Source of the DNA: Eledone cirrhosa
Lineage: Eukaryota
Length of the DNA: 64,000 nt
Direction: 5' to 3'
Assembly: GCA_964016885.1 (NCBI GenBank)
Contig: OZ024759.1
Coordinates: 7,812,001-7,876,000 of the forward strand
Shown here: in pieces, positions 11,701 to 24,485 of the stretch
Position numbering within the stretch: the stretch's first letter is position 1
Layout of the letters: every line of letters starts with the position of its first letter
The notes under the pieces: model-generated
What the model saw: only the letters and a program-made list of their open reading frames with translations
Database searches by the model: none
What the model was told of the DNA's origin: nothing
Made by a program: the position numbers and the translations under genes

Positions 11701-14700
11701 ACTCTGATACTAAGGACATGTGGTTAGAATGTCTCAGTAAAGAATCTCTGGATTGAGAGATCACAGCTCTGATACTAAGGACATGTGGTTAGAATGTCTC
11801 AGGAAAGAGTCTCTGGATTGAGTGATCACAGCTCTGATACTAAGGACATGTGGTTAGAATGTCTCAGTAAAGAGTCTCTGGATTGAGAGATCACAACTCT
11901 GATACTAAGGACATGTGGTTAGAATGTCTCAGTAAAGAATCTCTGGATTGAGAGATCACAGCTCTGATACTAAGGACATGTGGTTAGAATGTCTCAGTAA
12001 AGAATCTCTGGATTGAGAGATCACAGCTCTGATACTAAGGACATGTGGTTAGAATGTCTCAGTAAAGAGTCTCTGGATTGAGTGATCACAACTCTGATAC
12101 TACAGACATGTGGTTAGAATGTCTCAGTAAAGAATCTCTGGATTGAGTGATCACAACTCTGATACTAAGGACATGTGGTTAGAATGTCTCAGTAAAGAAT
12201 CTCTGGATTGAGTGATCACAGCTCTGATACTCAGGACATGTGGTTAGAATGTCTCAGTAAAGAATCTCTGGATTGAGAGATCACAGCTCTGATACTAAGG
12301 ACATGTGGTTAGAATGTCTCAGTAAAGAATCTCTGGATTGAGAGATCACAACTCTGATACTACAGACATGTGGTTAGAATGTCTCAGTAAAGAATCTCTG
12401 GATTGAGTGATCACAGCTCTGATACTAAGGACATGTGGTTAGAATGTCTCGGTAAAGAATCTCTGGATTGAGTGATCACAACTCTGATACTAAGGACATG
12501 TGGTTAGAATATCTCAGTAAAGAATCTCTGGATTGAGAGATCACAGCTCCAATACTAAGGACATGTGGTTAGAATGTCTCAGTAAAGAATCTCTGGATTG
12601 AGTGATCACAGCTCTGATACTAAGGACATGTGGTTAGAATGTCTCAGTAAAGAATCTCTGGATTGAGTGATCACAACTCTGATACTAAGGACATGTGGTT
12701 AGAATGTCTCGGTAAAGAATCTCTGGATTGAGTGATCACAACTCTGATACTAAGGACATGTGGTTAGAATGTCTCAGTAAAGAATCTCTGGATTGAGAGA
12801 TCACAGCTCCAATACTAAGGACATGTGGTTAGAATGTCTCAGTAAAGAATCGCTGGATTGAGAGATCACAGCTCTGATACTAAGGACATGTGGTTAGAAT
12901 GTCTCAGGAAAGAGTCTCTGGATTGAGTGATCACAGCTCTGATACTAAGGACATGTGGTTAGAATGTCTCAGTAAAGAGTCTCTGGATTGAGAGATCACA
13001 ACTCTGATACTAAGGACATGTGGTTAGAATGTCTCAGTAAAGAATCTCTGGATTGAGAGATCACAGCTCTGATACTAAGGACATGTGGTTAGAATGTCTC
13101 AGTAAAGAATCTCTGGATTGAGAGATCACAGCTCTGATACTAAGGACATGTGGTTAGAATGTCTCAGTAAAGAGTCTCTGGATTGAGTGATCACAACTCT
13201 GATACTACAGACATGTGGTTAGAATGTCTCAGTAAAGAATCTCTGGATTGAGTGATCACAACTCTGATACTAAGGACATGTGGTTAGAATGTCTCAGTAA
13301 AGAATCTCTGGATTGAGTGATCACAGCTCTGATACTCAGGACATGTGGTTAGAATGTCTCAGTAAAGAATCTCTGGATTGAGAGATCACAGCTCTGATAC
13401 TAAGGACATGTGGTTAGAATGTCTCAGTAAAGAATCTCTGGATTGAGAGATCACAACTCTGATACTACAGACATGTGGTTAGAATGTCTCAGTAAAGAAT
13501 CTCTGGATTGAGTGATCACAGCTCTGATACTAAGGACATGTGGTTAGAATGTCTCGGTAAAGAATCTCTGGATTGAGTGATCACAACTCTGATACTAAGG
13601 ACATGTGGTTAGAATATCTCAGTAAAGAATCTCTGGATTGAGAGATCACAGCTCCAATACTAAGGACATGTGGTTAGAATGTCTCAGTAAAGAATCTCTG
13701 GATTGAGTGATCACAACTCTGATACTACAGACATGTGGTTAGAATGTCTCAGTAAAGAATCTCTGGATTGAGTGATCACAGCTCTGATACTAAGGACATG
13801 TGGTTAGAATGTCTCGGTAAAGAATCTCTGGATTGAGTGATCACAACTCTGATACTAAGGACATGTGGTTAGAATATCTCAGTAAAGAATCTCTGGATTG
13901 AGAGATCACAGCTCCAATACTAAGGACATGTGGTTAGAATGTCTCAGTAAAGAATCTCTGGATTGAGTGATCACAGCTCTGATACTAAGGACATGTGGTT
14001 AGAATGTCTCAGTAAAGAATCTCTGGATTGAGTGATCACAACTCTGATACTAAGGACATGTGGTTAGAATGTCTCGGTAAAGAATCTCTGGATTGAGTGA
14101 TCACAACTCTGATACTAAGGACATGTGGTTAGAATGTCTCAGTAAAGAATCTCTGGATTGAGAGATCACAGCTCCAATACTAAGGACATGTGGTTAGAAT
14201 GTCTCAGTAAAGAATCTCTGGATTGAGTGATCACAACTCTGATACTACAGACATGTGGTTAGAATGTCTCAGTAAAGAATCTCTGGATTGAGTGATCACA
14301 GCTCTGATACTAAGGACATGTGGTTAGAATGTCTCGGTAAAGAATCTCTGGATTGAGTGATCACAACTCTGATACTAAGGACATGTGGTTAGAATATCTC
14401 AGTAAAGAATCTCTGGATTGAGAGATCACAGCTCCAATACTAAGGACATGTGGTTAGAATGTCTCAGTAAAGAATCTCTGGATTGAGTGATCACAGCTCT
14501 GATACTAAGGACATGTGGTTAGAATGTCTCAGTAAAGAATCTCTGGATTGAGTGATCACAACTCTGATACTAAGGACATGTGGTTAGAATGTCTCGGTAA
14601 AGAATCTCTGGATTGAGTGATCACAACTCTGATACTAAGGACATGTGGTTAGAATGTCTCAGTAAAGAATCTCTGGATTGAGAGATCACAGCTCCAATAC

Positions 14701-15480
14701 TAAGGACATGTGGTTAGAATGTCTCAGTAAAGAATCTCTGGATTGAGTGATCACAACTCTGATACTACAGACATGTGGTTAGAATGTCTCAGTAAAGAAT
14801 CTCTGGATTGAGTGATCACAGCTCTGATACTAAGGACATGTGGTTAGAATGTCTCGGTAAAGAATCTCTGGATTGAGTGATCACAACTCTGATACTAAGG
14901 ACATGTGGTTAGAATATCTCAGTAAAGAATCTCTGGATTGAGAGATCACAGCTCCAATACTAAGGACATGTGGTTAGAATGTCTCAGTAAAGAATCTCTG
15001 GATTGAGTGATCACAGCTCTGATACTAAGGACATGTGGTTAGAATGTCTCAGTAAAGAATCTCTGGATTGAGTGATCACAACTCTGATACTAAGGACATG
15101 TGGTTAGAATGTCTCGGTAAAGAATCTCTGGATTGAGTGATCACAACTCTGATACTAAGGACATGTGGTTAGAATGTCTCAGTAAAGAATCTCTGGATTG
15201 AGTGATCACAACTCTGATACTAAGGACATGTGGTTAGAATGTCTCAGTAAAGAATCGCTGGACACATTTTACAGGTAAAACCAACCGGCAAGAGACCCAG
15301 AGGTAGACCCTGAGCAAGATAGTTGGATAACATCCATGAGCTTGGCTGGTCACACTCTGAGATCCAGCTGGATCAGTTAGAGACAGTTGCTTGTGACAGG
15401 ACCCACTGGGGGGGGGGAGTGTTTGAGGATTCTGTCCCCTTGACTCTCTCAGGAATAAGTGGGCGAAGAAGAAAAAGAAG
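8785..15480 (+). mobile_element. Decayed RTE-clade LINE 3' region (different family) split by a satellite
   Basis: VEKFKNLGAVFTSDG, PTLTYGHESWVMTERM and LLLWIERSQL before the array; KPTGKRPRGRP after it; (GAA)-rich tail near 15465-15480. Confidence 0.8.
9146..15255. repeat. 65-bp satellite, 94 copies
   Basis: Unit ctctggattgagagatcacagctctgatactaaggacatgtggttagaatgtctcagtaaagaat; 6110 bp = 94 x 65. Confidence 0.97.
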
Positions 15481-15642
15481 ACACACACACACACACACAG
15501 ACAGACACACATACACACATACACACTCACACTGTTCAGTCGTAATTACCATATTTTCTATATTGATTATATCAACACTGTTCTGTTCTATATTATATTG
15601 GTTGAGAAAGGTGACTTTGGAATATGACATATGGTGTCTACA

Positions 15643-15785
15643 GCTGTTACTGCTGCTGCTGCTGCTGCTGTCATTCTTGTGTGTTGCTGCTGTTGTTGTT
15701 GTTGTTGTTACTGCTGTCATTCTTGTCGTGGTGGTGGTGGTGGTGGTGTTGTTACTGTTGTTGTTGTTGTTGTTGTTGCTGTATG

Positions 15786-15820
<35 letters not shown>

Positions 15821-16078
15821 TTGTTGTTGTTGTTGCTGTTGTTGTTGTTGCTGTATGTGTTGTTGTCGTTGCTGTATGTGGTGTTGCTGTTGTTGTTACT
15901 GTATGTGTTGTTGCTGTATGTGTTGTTGTTGTTGTTATTGTTGCTGTATGTGTTGTTGTTGTTGTTATTGTTGCTGTGTTGTTGTTGTTGTTGTTGTTGC
16001 TGCTGTATGTGTTGTTGGTGTTGTTGTTGTTGATGTGTGTGTTGTGGTTGTTGTTGTTGTATGTGTTGATGTTGTTGT

Positions 16079-16110
<32 letters not shown>

Positions 16111-16265
16111 TTGTTGTTGTTGTTGTTGTCTGAGCCATATTGTATTTATTACTGCTGTTGTTGTTGCTGTATGTGTAATATTGTATCTGTTGCTGTAGTT
16201 GTTGTAGTCATCCTGTTATTGTCTATGTAATGTTGCTGTTGTAGTTGTTGTTGTAGTAGTAATAG
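15643..16265. repeat. (GTT/GCT)n microsatellite
   Basis: Long runs of gtt/gct with gtatgt interruptions. Confidence 0.95.
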
Positions 16266-16464
16266 CAGCCATTATGATTTATAAGTTTCTAATTTCACCA
16301 GAATCAATCTCCATATTATAAGATTACTGTTGTTGTTAAGAACATTTCTTATCTCTCCTGTTATTGGTGACACCATAGCTTTGGCTGGATTGTGGATAGA
16401 CTGATATACCTACATGTGCTGACCTATTGACTGACCAGGCAGTCAGTAGAGATAGACATAGTGT

Positions 16465-16770
16465 CTTTCATTACCATATATCTAATGAAAGACACTGTCT
16501 ATGTCATTAACCCTTTCATTACCATATATCTAATGAAAGACACTGTCTATGTCATTAACCCTTTCATTACCATATTTCTAATGAAAGACACTGTCTATGC
16601 CATTAACCCTTCCATTACCATATTTCTAATGAAAGACACTGTCTATGTCATTAACCCTTTCATTACCATATTTCTAATGAAAGACACTGTCTATGTCATT
16701 AACCCTTTCATTACAAATTGGAATGAAAGATACTGTCTATGTCTTTACCTCTTTCCTTGAAAGACACTGT
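16465..16770. repeat. 48-bp minisatellite, about 6 copies, containing a ttaacccttt MITE-like terminus
   Basis: Unit ttaaccctttcattaccatatttctaatgaaagacactgtctatgtca. Confidence 0.85.
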
Positions 16771-16812
16771 TAAATCTGTCTGATATTAATAATTCTGTGA
16801 TATCTTTTTCAG

Positions 16813-16893
16813 CTTCTGTGTTGGCGTAACTTGGATGTCAAGCCCGAGTCATTGGGACAAGTTGCAAAAGTAAAGGAACCTTATATTAAACAG
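16813..16893 (+). CDS. GLT1: Glutamate synthase exon B
   Basis: tttttcag|CTT...AAACAG|gtaaga; LLCWRNLDVKPESLGQVAKVKEPYIKQ (WRxxxV...LG..A...EPxIxQ motif). Confidence 0.9.
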
Positions 16894-16951
16894 GTAAGAT
16901 CTTTAATTAATAGGTGTATGAGGACAGGCTGAAGCATACATCTAGTGAAAC

Positions 16952-17980
16952 CTCCAGTACACACTGTAAAGTGGTCATGTAGGTGTCACGACAAAACACT
17001 CCCAGTCCACACTGTAAAGTGGTCATGTAGGTGTCACAACAAAAAGTACCCAGTACACACTGTAAAGTGGTCATGTAGGTGTCACGACAAAACACTCCCA
17101 GTCCACACTGTAAAGTGGTCATGTAGGTGTCACAACAAAAAGTACCCAGTACACACTGTAAAGTGGTCATGTAGGTGTCACGACAAAACACTCCCAGTCC
17201 ACACTGTAAAGTGGTCATGTAGGTGTCACAACAAAAAGTACCCAGTACACACTGTAAAGTGGTCATGTAGGTGTCACGACAAAACACTCCCAGTCCACAC
17301 TGTAAAGTGGTCATGTAGGTGTCACAACAAAAAGTACCCAGTCCACACTGTAAAGTGGTCATGTAGGTGTCACAACAAAAAGCACCCAGTACACACTGTA
17401 AAGTGGTCATGTAGGTGTCACAACAAAAAGCACCCAGTACACACTGTAAAGTGGTCATGTAGGTGTCATGACAAAAAGCACCCAGTACACACTGTAAAGT
17501 GGTCATGTAGGTGTCACAACAAAAAGTACCCAGTCCACACTGTAAAGTGGTCATGTAGGTGTCACAACAAAAAGTACCCAGTCCACACTGTAAAGTGGTC
17601 ATGTAGGTGTCACAACAAAAAGCACCCAGTACACACTGTAAAGTGGTCATGTAGGTGTCATGACAAAAAGCACCCAGTACACACTGTAAAGTGGTCATGT
17701 AGGTGTCACAACAAAAAGCACCCAGTACACACTGTAAAGTGGTCATGTAGGTGTCACAACAAAACGCACCCAGTACTCACTGTAAAGTGGTCATGTAGGT
17801 GTCACAACAAAACGCACCCAGTACTCACTGTAAAGTGGTCATGTAGGTGTCATTACAAAACACTCCCAGTACACACTGTAAAGTGGTCATGTAGGTGTCA
17901 TTACAAAACACTCCCAGTACACACTGTAAAGTGGTCATGTAGGTGTCACGACAAAAAAACACCCAGTACTCACTGTAAAT
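16952..17980. repeat. 48-bp minisatellite, about 21 copies, derived from the RTE/SINE 3' UTR repeat
   Basis: Unit cacccagtacacactgtaaagtggtcatgtaggtgtcacaacaaaaag; runs into the RTE tail gggcatccagcc...gatgatg up to about 18136. Confidence 0.92.
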
Positions 17981-18289
17981 GTGGTTGGGGTCAGGTAGGG
18001 CATCCAGCCATAGAAACCAAGCCCAAATCAGTTCCGTATGAGCAAGATATGGTCACCTGACCTACCATTTCTCACAATAGGATAACTCTTCTAACCTATG
18101 CTAGCGGGGAAAAATGAAAGTTAAACAGTGATGATGTTGTCTTAAGCAGGTGTGTTTATGACTGGGAACTAAAGGTTTATAATGCACTATGGTTATGACT
18201 AGGGACTTAAGACCTTGCCTAATAGCTGTATGTCTTAAACTCCATACATTTGTTTATGATGGGAAACTTAAGACCTTTGTTAACTACTT

Positions 18290-19064
18290 TAAGACTGGGA
18301 TCTTAAGACTTTGTAGGACTGGAGTCTTAGGACTTTGTAAGACTAGGATCTTAAGACTTTGTTGGACTGGAGTCTTAAGACTTTGTAAGACTAGGATCTT
18401 AAGACTTTGTTGGACTGGAGTCTTAAGACTTTGTAAGACTAGGATCTTAAGACTTTGTTGGACTGAGGTCTTAAGACTTTGTAAGACTAGGATCTTAAGA
18501 CTTTGTTGGACTGGAGTCTTAAGACTTTGTAAGACTAGGATCTTAAAACTTTGTTGGACTGGAGTCTTAAGACTTTGTAAGACTAGGATCTTAAGACTTT
18601 GTTGGACTGGAGTCTTAAGACTTTGTAAGACTAGGATCTTAAAACTTTGTTGGACTGGAGTCTTAAGACTCTGTAAGACTAGGATCTTAAGACTTTGTTG
18701 GACTGGAGTCTTAAGACTTTGTAAGACTAGGATCTTAAGAGTTTGTTGGACTGGAGTCTTAAGACTTTGTAAGACTAGGATCTTAAGACTTTGTTGGACT
18801 GAGGTCTTAAGACTTTGTAAGACTAGGATCTTAAGACTTTGTTGGACTGAGGTCTTAAGACTTTGTAAGACTAGGATCTTAAGACTTTGTTGGACTGGAG
18901 TCTTAAGACTTTGTAAGACTAGGATCTTAAGACTTTGTTGGACTGAGGTCTTAAGACTTTGTAAGACTAGGATCTTAAGACTCTGTTGGACTGGAGTCTT
19001 AAGACTTTGTAAGTCTAGGATCTTAAGACTTTGTTGGACTGCGGTCTTAAGACTTTGTAAGACT
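18290..19064. repeat. 48-bp minisatellite (dimer of 24-bp subunits), about 16 copies
   Basis: Unit aagactaggatcttaagactttgttggactggagtcttaagactttgt. Confidence 0.95.
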
Positions 19065-19220
19065 TCAGACTGAAGGTTTATGAGTGTTATGTCTGTGACT
19101 AAGGACTTAAGACATTGTTTATCCCCTTTTTTACCATATTACTAATGAAACTGCCATAACCTATGATGTTCAATCAACAGCAGTACCGATATTTAAGATG
19201 AAATGTTTTCTTATTTCCAG

Positions 19221-19280
19221 GTTTTCATCACCAACACAAGCAGCAGTGACAGTTTTGATAAATTGGAATTTGGAAGACAG
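19221..19280 (+). CDS. GLT1: Glutamate synthase exon C
   Basis: atttccag|GTT...AGACAG|gtaagt; VFITNTSSSDSFDKLEFGRQ; phase 0/0, bridges exons B and D. Confidence 0.88.
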
Positions 19281-19552
19281 GTAAGTTGTTGTTTAACCTG
19301 TTGACTGCCATATATACTTTACAGAGCTACAGTTGTTGTGCTGGATTTCTTTTCAGTAAAATGACTATTTTTTAAAACAAACATTTATTAACAACACGTA
19401 TCTGAATGACTGACAAACGTCACATCAATAAACTAGTAACTCCATCTAGCTTTGAAGTTATGAACTGTTGGAAAAGAGTTCAAACATGTTAGGATAAGTT
19501 ATCTCATCTGTGGCACTGAAGAGGTTAATGTTTGAGACAAGTGAATTATTGT

Positions 19553-19783
19553 TTAACCCTTTAGCATTTAAACCGGTCGTATCTGTCTAGAATTCTCTCA
19601 CTTCTTTCTGTTTAAATCAGCTGTAACTGGCCACTCATACTGATGTTAAGGTATTGTTCTCAAAATAAATAATATCAAAATCTTGTAGATTCGATGTTAT
19701 GTGAGATAATTATGTAAGATAAAGTGTTTACCACAAAAATACAATAGTATATATATAGAGTAATGTAAATGGTAAAGTGTTAA
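19553..19783. mobile_element. About 230-bp MITE with TIRs and TTAA ends (piggyBac-like, non-autonomous)
   Basis: ttaaccctttagcattta ... taaatggtaaagtgttaa imperfect TIRs; other copies at 5150 and 40351-41384. Confidence 0.75.
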
Positions 19784-20281
19784 ATATCCTCATCAACCCG
19801 CAATTGACCAAGCATGGCTGCACTCTTAAAGACGACCAAAACCAAACAGAAAATGATGGAGGTCAACCAGAGAGGGGTTTCTCCAACATGAGGGAGACAG
19901 CCCTGGATTGGATTACTGTCTAATTATATATATTAATATTGTTATACTTGGAGAGGCTGATGTTGTTATAATATTGCCAGAAATATATAATTAAACACAC
20001 TCACTGTTTGGTTTGGGTTGGTTTTCACTTCAGTATATTTTATATCCCTACAGTTAATTCAGCTGGCAATCAATGTTTATCATTGATTGACCAGCACTTA
20101 AAAATATAGATATAAATATATATAAATATATAGTCTAAGTTCTTTTGTCACACATCTGTGACATCATCAGTGATACTATTATGTTTCCTTGCTGTAATGT
20201 ATATATAAATATATTAAAATATCACTAATTAATGTCTAATTATATATATTAAAGTGTCACTAATTACTGTTTCTGTTGCAG

Positions 20282-20383
20282 CTGTATTTACTGCGGAAAA
20301 ATGCATCACATCACATTCCTGACAAGTTGCAGAGTGGACGGTTTTACATCTGTAGTCTCTCTACCTCCACCATTGTATACAAG
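20282..20383 (+). CDS. GLT1: Glutamate synthase exon D
   Basis: gttgcag|CTG...TACAAG|gtaaca; LYLLRKNASHHIPDKLQSGRFYICSLSTSTIVYK (FYICSLS..TIVYKG motif). Confidence 0.95.
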
Positions 20384-21021
20384 GTAACATTGTTGTACAT
20401 CTGTTGTACATCTCTAACCTCTCTACTTCCTCCATTGTTTGTTGTTATGGTTGTTGTACATGTGTTTTTCATCTGTAGCCTTTCTACCTCCAGCATTATT
20501 TACAAGGCGACAATATTGTTGTTTTGTGTGTCTGTTGTTCTGGTATATATGTTAAATCTGTAGAACAAATGTGTATACATCTGTTATGTCTATTGTACAT
20601 CTGTGAAGTCTGTGGGGCACCTGTTATGTCTGTAGTATATATATATATGTCTGTAATACATCTGTTAAATCTGTAGAACAAATGTGTGTACATCTGTTAT
20701 GTCTATTGTACATCTGTGAAGTCTGTGGGGCACCTGTTATGTCTGTAGTATATATATATATGTCTGTAATACATCTGTTATATCTGTAGTACAAATGATA
20801 GATCTGTAGTACATCTGTTAGGTCTGTTGTACATCTGTAGCACTCATGATAGGCCTCTTGTACATCTGTTATGTCTGTAACACATATGATATGTCTGAAG
20901 TACATATATCTTTAACAAGCAGGGAAAAGCGGACGTAAAATGATGATGATGATGAATTATCTAAAATATAGATGTATGTATTTCATATTTCTGACTGTGG
21001 TGTGTCCTCTCTATTTCACAG

Positions 21022-21158
21022 GGTCTCTTCACAACAAGACAACTATGGCTCTACTATAAGGATTTACACAACCCCAAATTTGAAACTCACCTCGCCCTAG
21101 TACACAGCAGGTTTTCAACAAATACTGTACCTAGCTGGGAAAGATCACATCCACAAAG
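21022..21158 (+). CDS. GLT1: Glutamate synthase exon E
   Basis: tttcacag|GGT...CAAAG|gtacta; [45 protein letters not shown](R), containing the HSRFSTNT signature. Confidence 0.96.
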
Positions 21159-21696
21159 GTACTATATATTACATCTTGTATTTCATTTCATTTTTATATT
21201 TTAAACATCCTAGAATGATTTGGCAGAAAATATCTAAAAACAGGTTTGTTAATTCAAATGTTTATAGTATCTTTACTTGTGGACAGATTGTTGTAAAAAT
21301 TTGCAGTATTACTGTAAATACTTTAATATTTAATGTGATGTAGTCATATTGTTGTTTTGTACTTTTCAGAATGTCTTGCTAATGAGGTTCAATTCAAATG
21401 TTTATAATATCTTCACTAGTTGACAGATTGTTGTGAAAATTTGCAAAATTAAAATAAAGACGAATATTTAACTCATAATGATATATGATATATGATATCA
21501 TTAGTTATAATGATTTAGTAAAAACTATCTAAAATGGGTCTCCACAAGAACATAATTCAAATGTTTAAAGTATCTCTACTAATGAACAGGTTGTTGTCAA
21601 GATTTAAAGTATTAGAATTAATTCTTTTGCTTCTTAACAGCCGGTAATGATTAACCCTCACTAATACCCTATACCTACCTGTGTTCCCCAATGTGG

Positions 21697-22926
21697 GTAC
21701 CTGGTTCACAATGGTGAGATCAGCCCTCATCAATACCCAATATCCTTACGTTAATTACCCAGGTGTTCCCTTTCTTCCACAGGTACCTGGTTCACAATGG
21801 TGAGATCAGCCCTCATCAATACCCAATATCCTTACGTTAATTACCCAGGTATTCCCTTTCTTCCACAGGTACCTGGTTCACAATGGTGAGATCAGCCCTC
21901 ATCAATACCCAATATCCTTACGTTAATTACCCAGGTATTCCCTTTCTTCCACAGGTACCTGGCTCACAATGGTGAGATCAGCCCTCATCAATACCCAATA
22001 TCCTTACGTTAATTACCCAGGTATTCCCTTTCTTCCACAGGTACCTGGCTCACAATGGTGAGATCAGCCCTAATCAATACCCAATATCCTTACGTTAATT
22101 ACCCAGGTGTTCCCTTTCTTCCACAGGTACCTGGTTCACAATGGTGAGATCAGCCCTCATCAATACCCAATATCCTTACGTTAATTACCCAGGTATTCCC
22201 TTTCTTCCACAGGTACCTGGCTCACAATGGTGAGATCAGCCCTCATCAATACCCAATATCCTTACGTTAATTACCCAGGTGTTCCCTTTCTTCCACAGGT
22301 ACCTGGTTCACAATGGTGAGATCAGCCCTCATCAATACCCAATATCCTTACGTTAATTACCCAGGTGTTCCCTTTCTTCCACAGGTACCTGGTTCACAAT
22401 GGTGAGATCAGCCCTCATCAATACCCAATATCCTTACGTTAATTACCCAGGTGTTCCCTTTCTTCCACAGGTACCTGGCTCACAATGGTGAGATCAGCCC
22501 TCATCAATACCCAATATCCTTACGTTAATTACCCAGGTGTTCCCTTTCTTCCACAGGTACCTGGTTCACAATGGTGAGATCAGCCCTCATCAATACCCAA
22601 TATCCTTACGTTAATTACCCAGGTGTTCCCTTTCTTCCACAGGTACCTGGCTCACAATGGTGAGATCAGCCCTCATCAATACCCAATATCCTTACGTTAA
22701 TTACCCAGGTGTTCCCTTTCTTCCACAGGTACCTGGCTCACAATGGTGAGATCAGCCCTCATCAATACCCAATATCCTTACGTTAATTACCCAGGTGTTC
22801 CCTTTCTTCCACAGGTACCTGGCTCACAATGGTGAGATCATCCCTCATCAATACCCAATATCCTTACGTTAATTACCCAGGTGTTCCCTTTCTTCCACAG
22901 GTACCTGGCTCACAATGGTGAGATCA
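21697..22926 (+). repeat. 86-bp tandem array built from the intron end plus the first 26 bp of exon F (14 units)
   Basis: Unit gtacctggctcacaatggtgagatcagccctcatcaatacccaatatccttacgttaattacccaggtgttccctttcttccacag; the last unit runs into the real exon. Confidence 0.97.
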
Positions 22927-23105
22927 ACACACTTAGGGGTAACAAAAACCTCATGAATGCCCGTGAAGGTACCATGTCCAGCAGTATCTATGGTGACAAA
23001 CTAAAAGAGCTGTACCCCGTGGTGGAAACTGGTATGTCAGACTCTGGATGTGTTGACAATGTCCTTGAATTCCTCATGATGGCCGGAGGTAAATCATTAC
23101 CTGAG
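22901..23105 (+). CDS. GLT1: Glutamate synthase exon F
   Basis: ccacag|G TAC...CCTGAG|gtaaaa; [23 protein letters not shown]...[13 protein letters not shown]...SLPE, containing the HNGEINT signature. Confidence 0.97.
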
Positions 23106-23159
23106 GTAAAAAAAAAAAACTTGAAATACTTACCTGGCATTAACTGTGGGTCGGGTGGG

Positions 23160-23305
23160 AGTGTGTCATGTGTATATATATATGTATATATATATATATG
23201 TGTGTGTATATATATGTGTGTGTCTGTCATGTGTGTCTGTCATGTGTATATATATATATGTATGTGTATATATATGTGTATATATATGTGTGTCTGTCAT
23301 GTGTG

Positions 23306-23336
<31 letters not shown>

Positions 23337-23710
23337 ATATATATGTGTATATATATGTGTGTCTGTCATGTGTGTATATATATGTATATATATATATATA
23401 TGTGTGTGTGTATATATGTGTATATATATATGTGTGTCTGTCATATGTGTATATATATGTATATATATATATGTATGTGTATATATATGTGTATATATAT
23501 GTGTGTCTGTCATGTGTGTATATATATGTATATATATATATGTGTGTGTATATATATGTGTATATATATGTGTGTGTCTGTCATGTGTGTATATATATAT
23601 ATATATGTGTGTGTGTATATATATGTGTATATATATGTGTGTGTCTGTCATGTGTGTATATATATGTATATATATATATATATGTGTGTGTATATATATG
23701 TGTGTCTGTC

Positions 23711-23750
<40 letters not shown>

Positions 23751-24374
23751 ATATATATGTGTATATATATGTGTGTCTGTCATGTGTGTATATATATATA
23801 TATGTGTGTGTATATATATGTGTATATATATGTGTGTCTGTCATGTGTGTATATATATGTATATATATATATGTGTGTGTATATATATATATATATGTGT
23901 GTGTGTATATATATGTGTATATATATGTGTGTCTGTCATGTGTGTATATATATGTATATATATATATGTGTGTGTATATATATATCTATATGTGTGTGTG
24001 TGTATATATATGTATATATATATATATGTGTGTGTGTGTATATATATGTATATATATATATGTGTGTGTATATATATGTATATATATCTATATGTGTGTG
24101 TGTATATATATGTATATATATATATGTGTGTGTATATATATGTATATGTGTGTGTGTATATATATGTATATATATATGTGTGTGTGTATATATATGTATA
24201 TATATATATATGTGTGTGTATATATATGTATATATATCTATATGTGTGTGTATATATATATATATATATCTATATGTGTGTGTGTATATATATGTATATA
24301 TATATCTATGTGTGTGTGTGTGTGTATATATATGTATATATATCTATATGTGTGTGTATATATATATATATATA

Positions 24375-24415
<41 letters not shown>

Positions 24416-24418
24416 ATA

Positions 24419-24459
<41 letters not shown>

Positions 24460-24485
24460 ATATATATGTATATATATATATATAT
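23160..24485. repeat. Compound (TA)n/(TG)n microsatellite
   Basis: TA/TG runs punctuated by gtctgtcat, then by tcta. Confidence 0.95.

Noticed and set aside
1694-15255. Regular repeats as CRISPR arrays
   Set aside because: Units are contiguous with no unique spacers, there are no cas genes, and the context is a eukaryotic intron.
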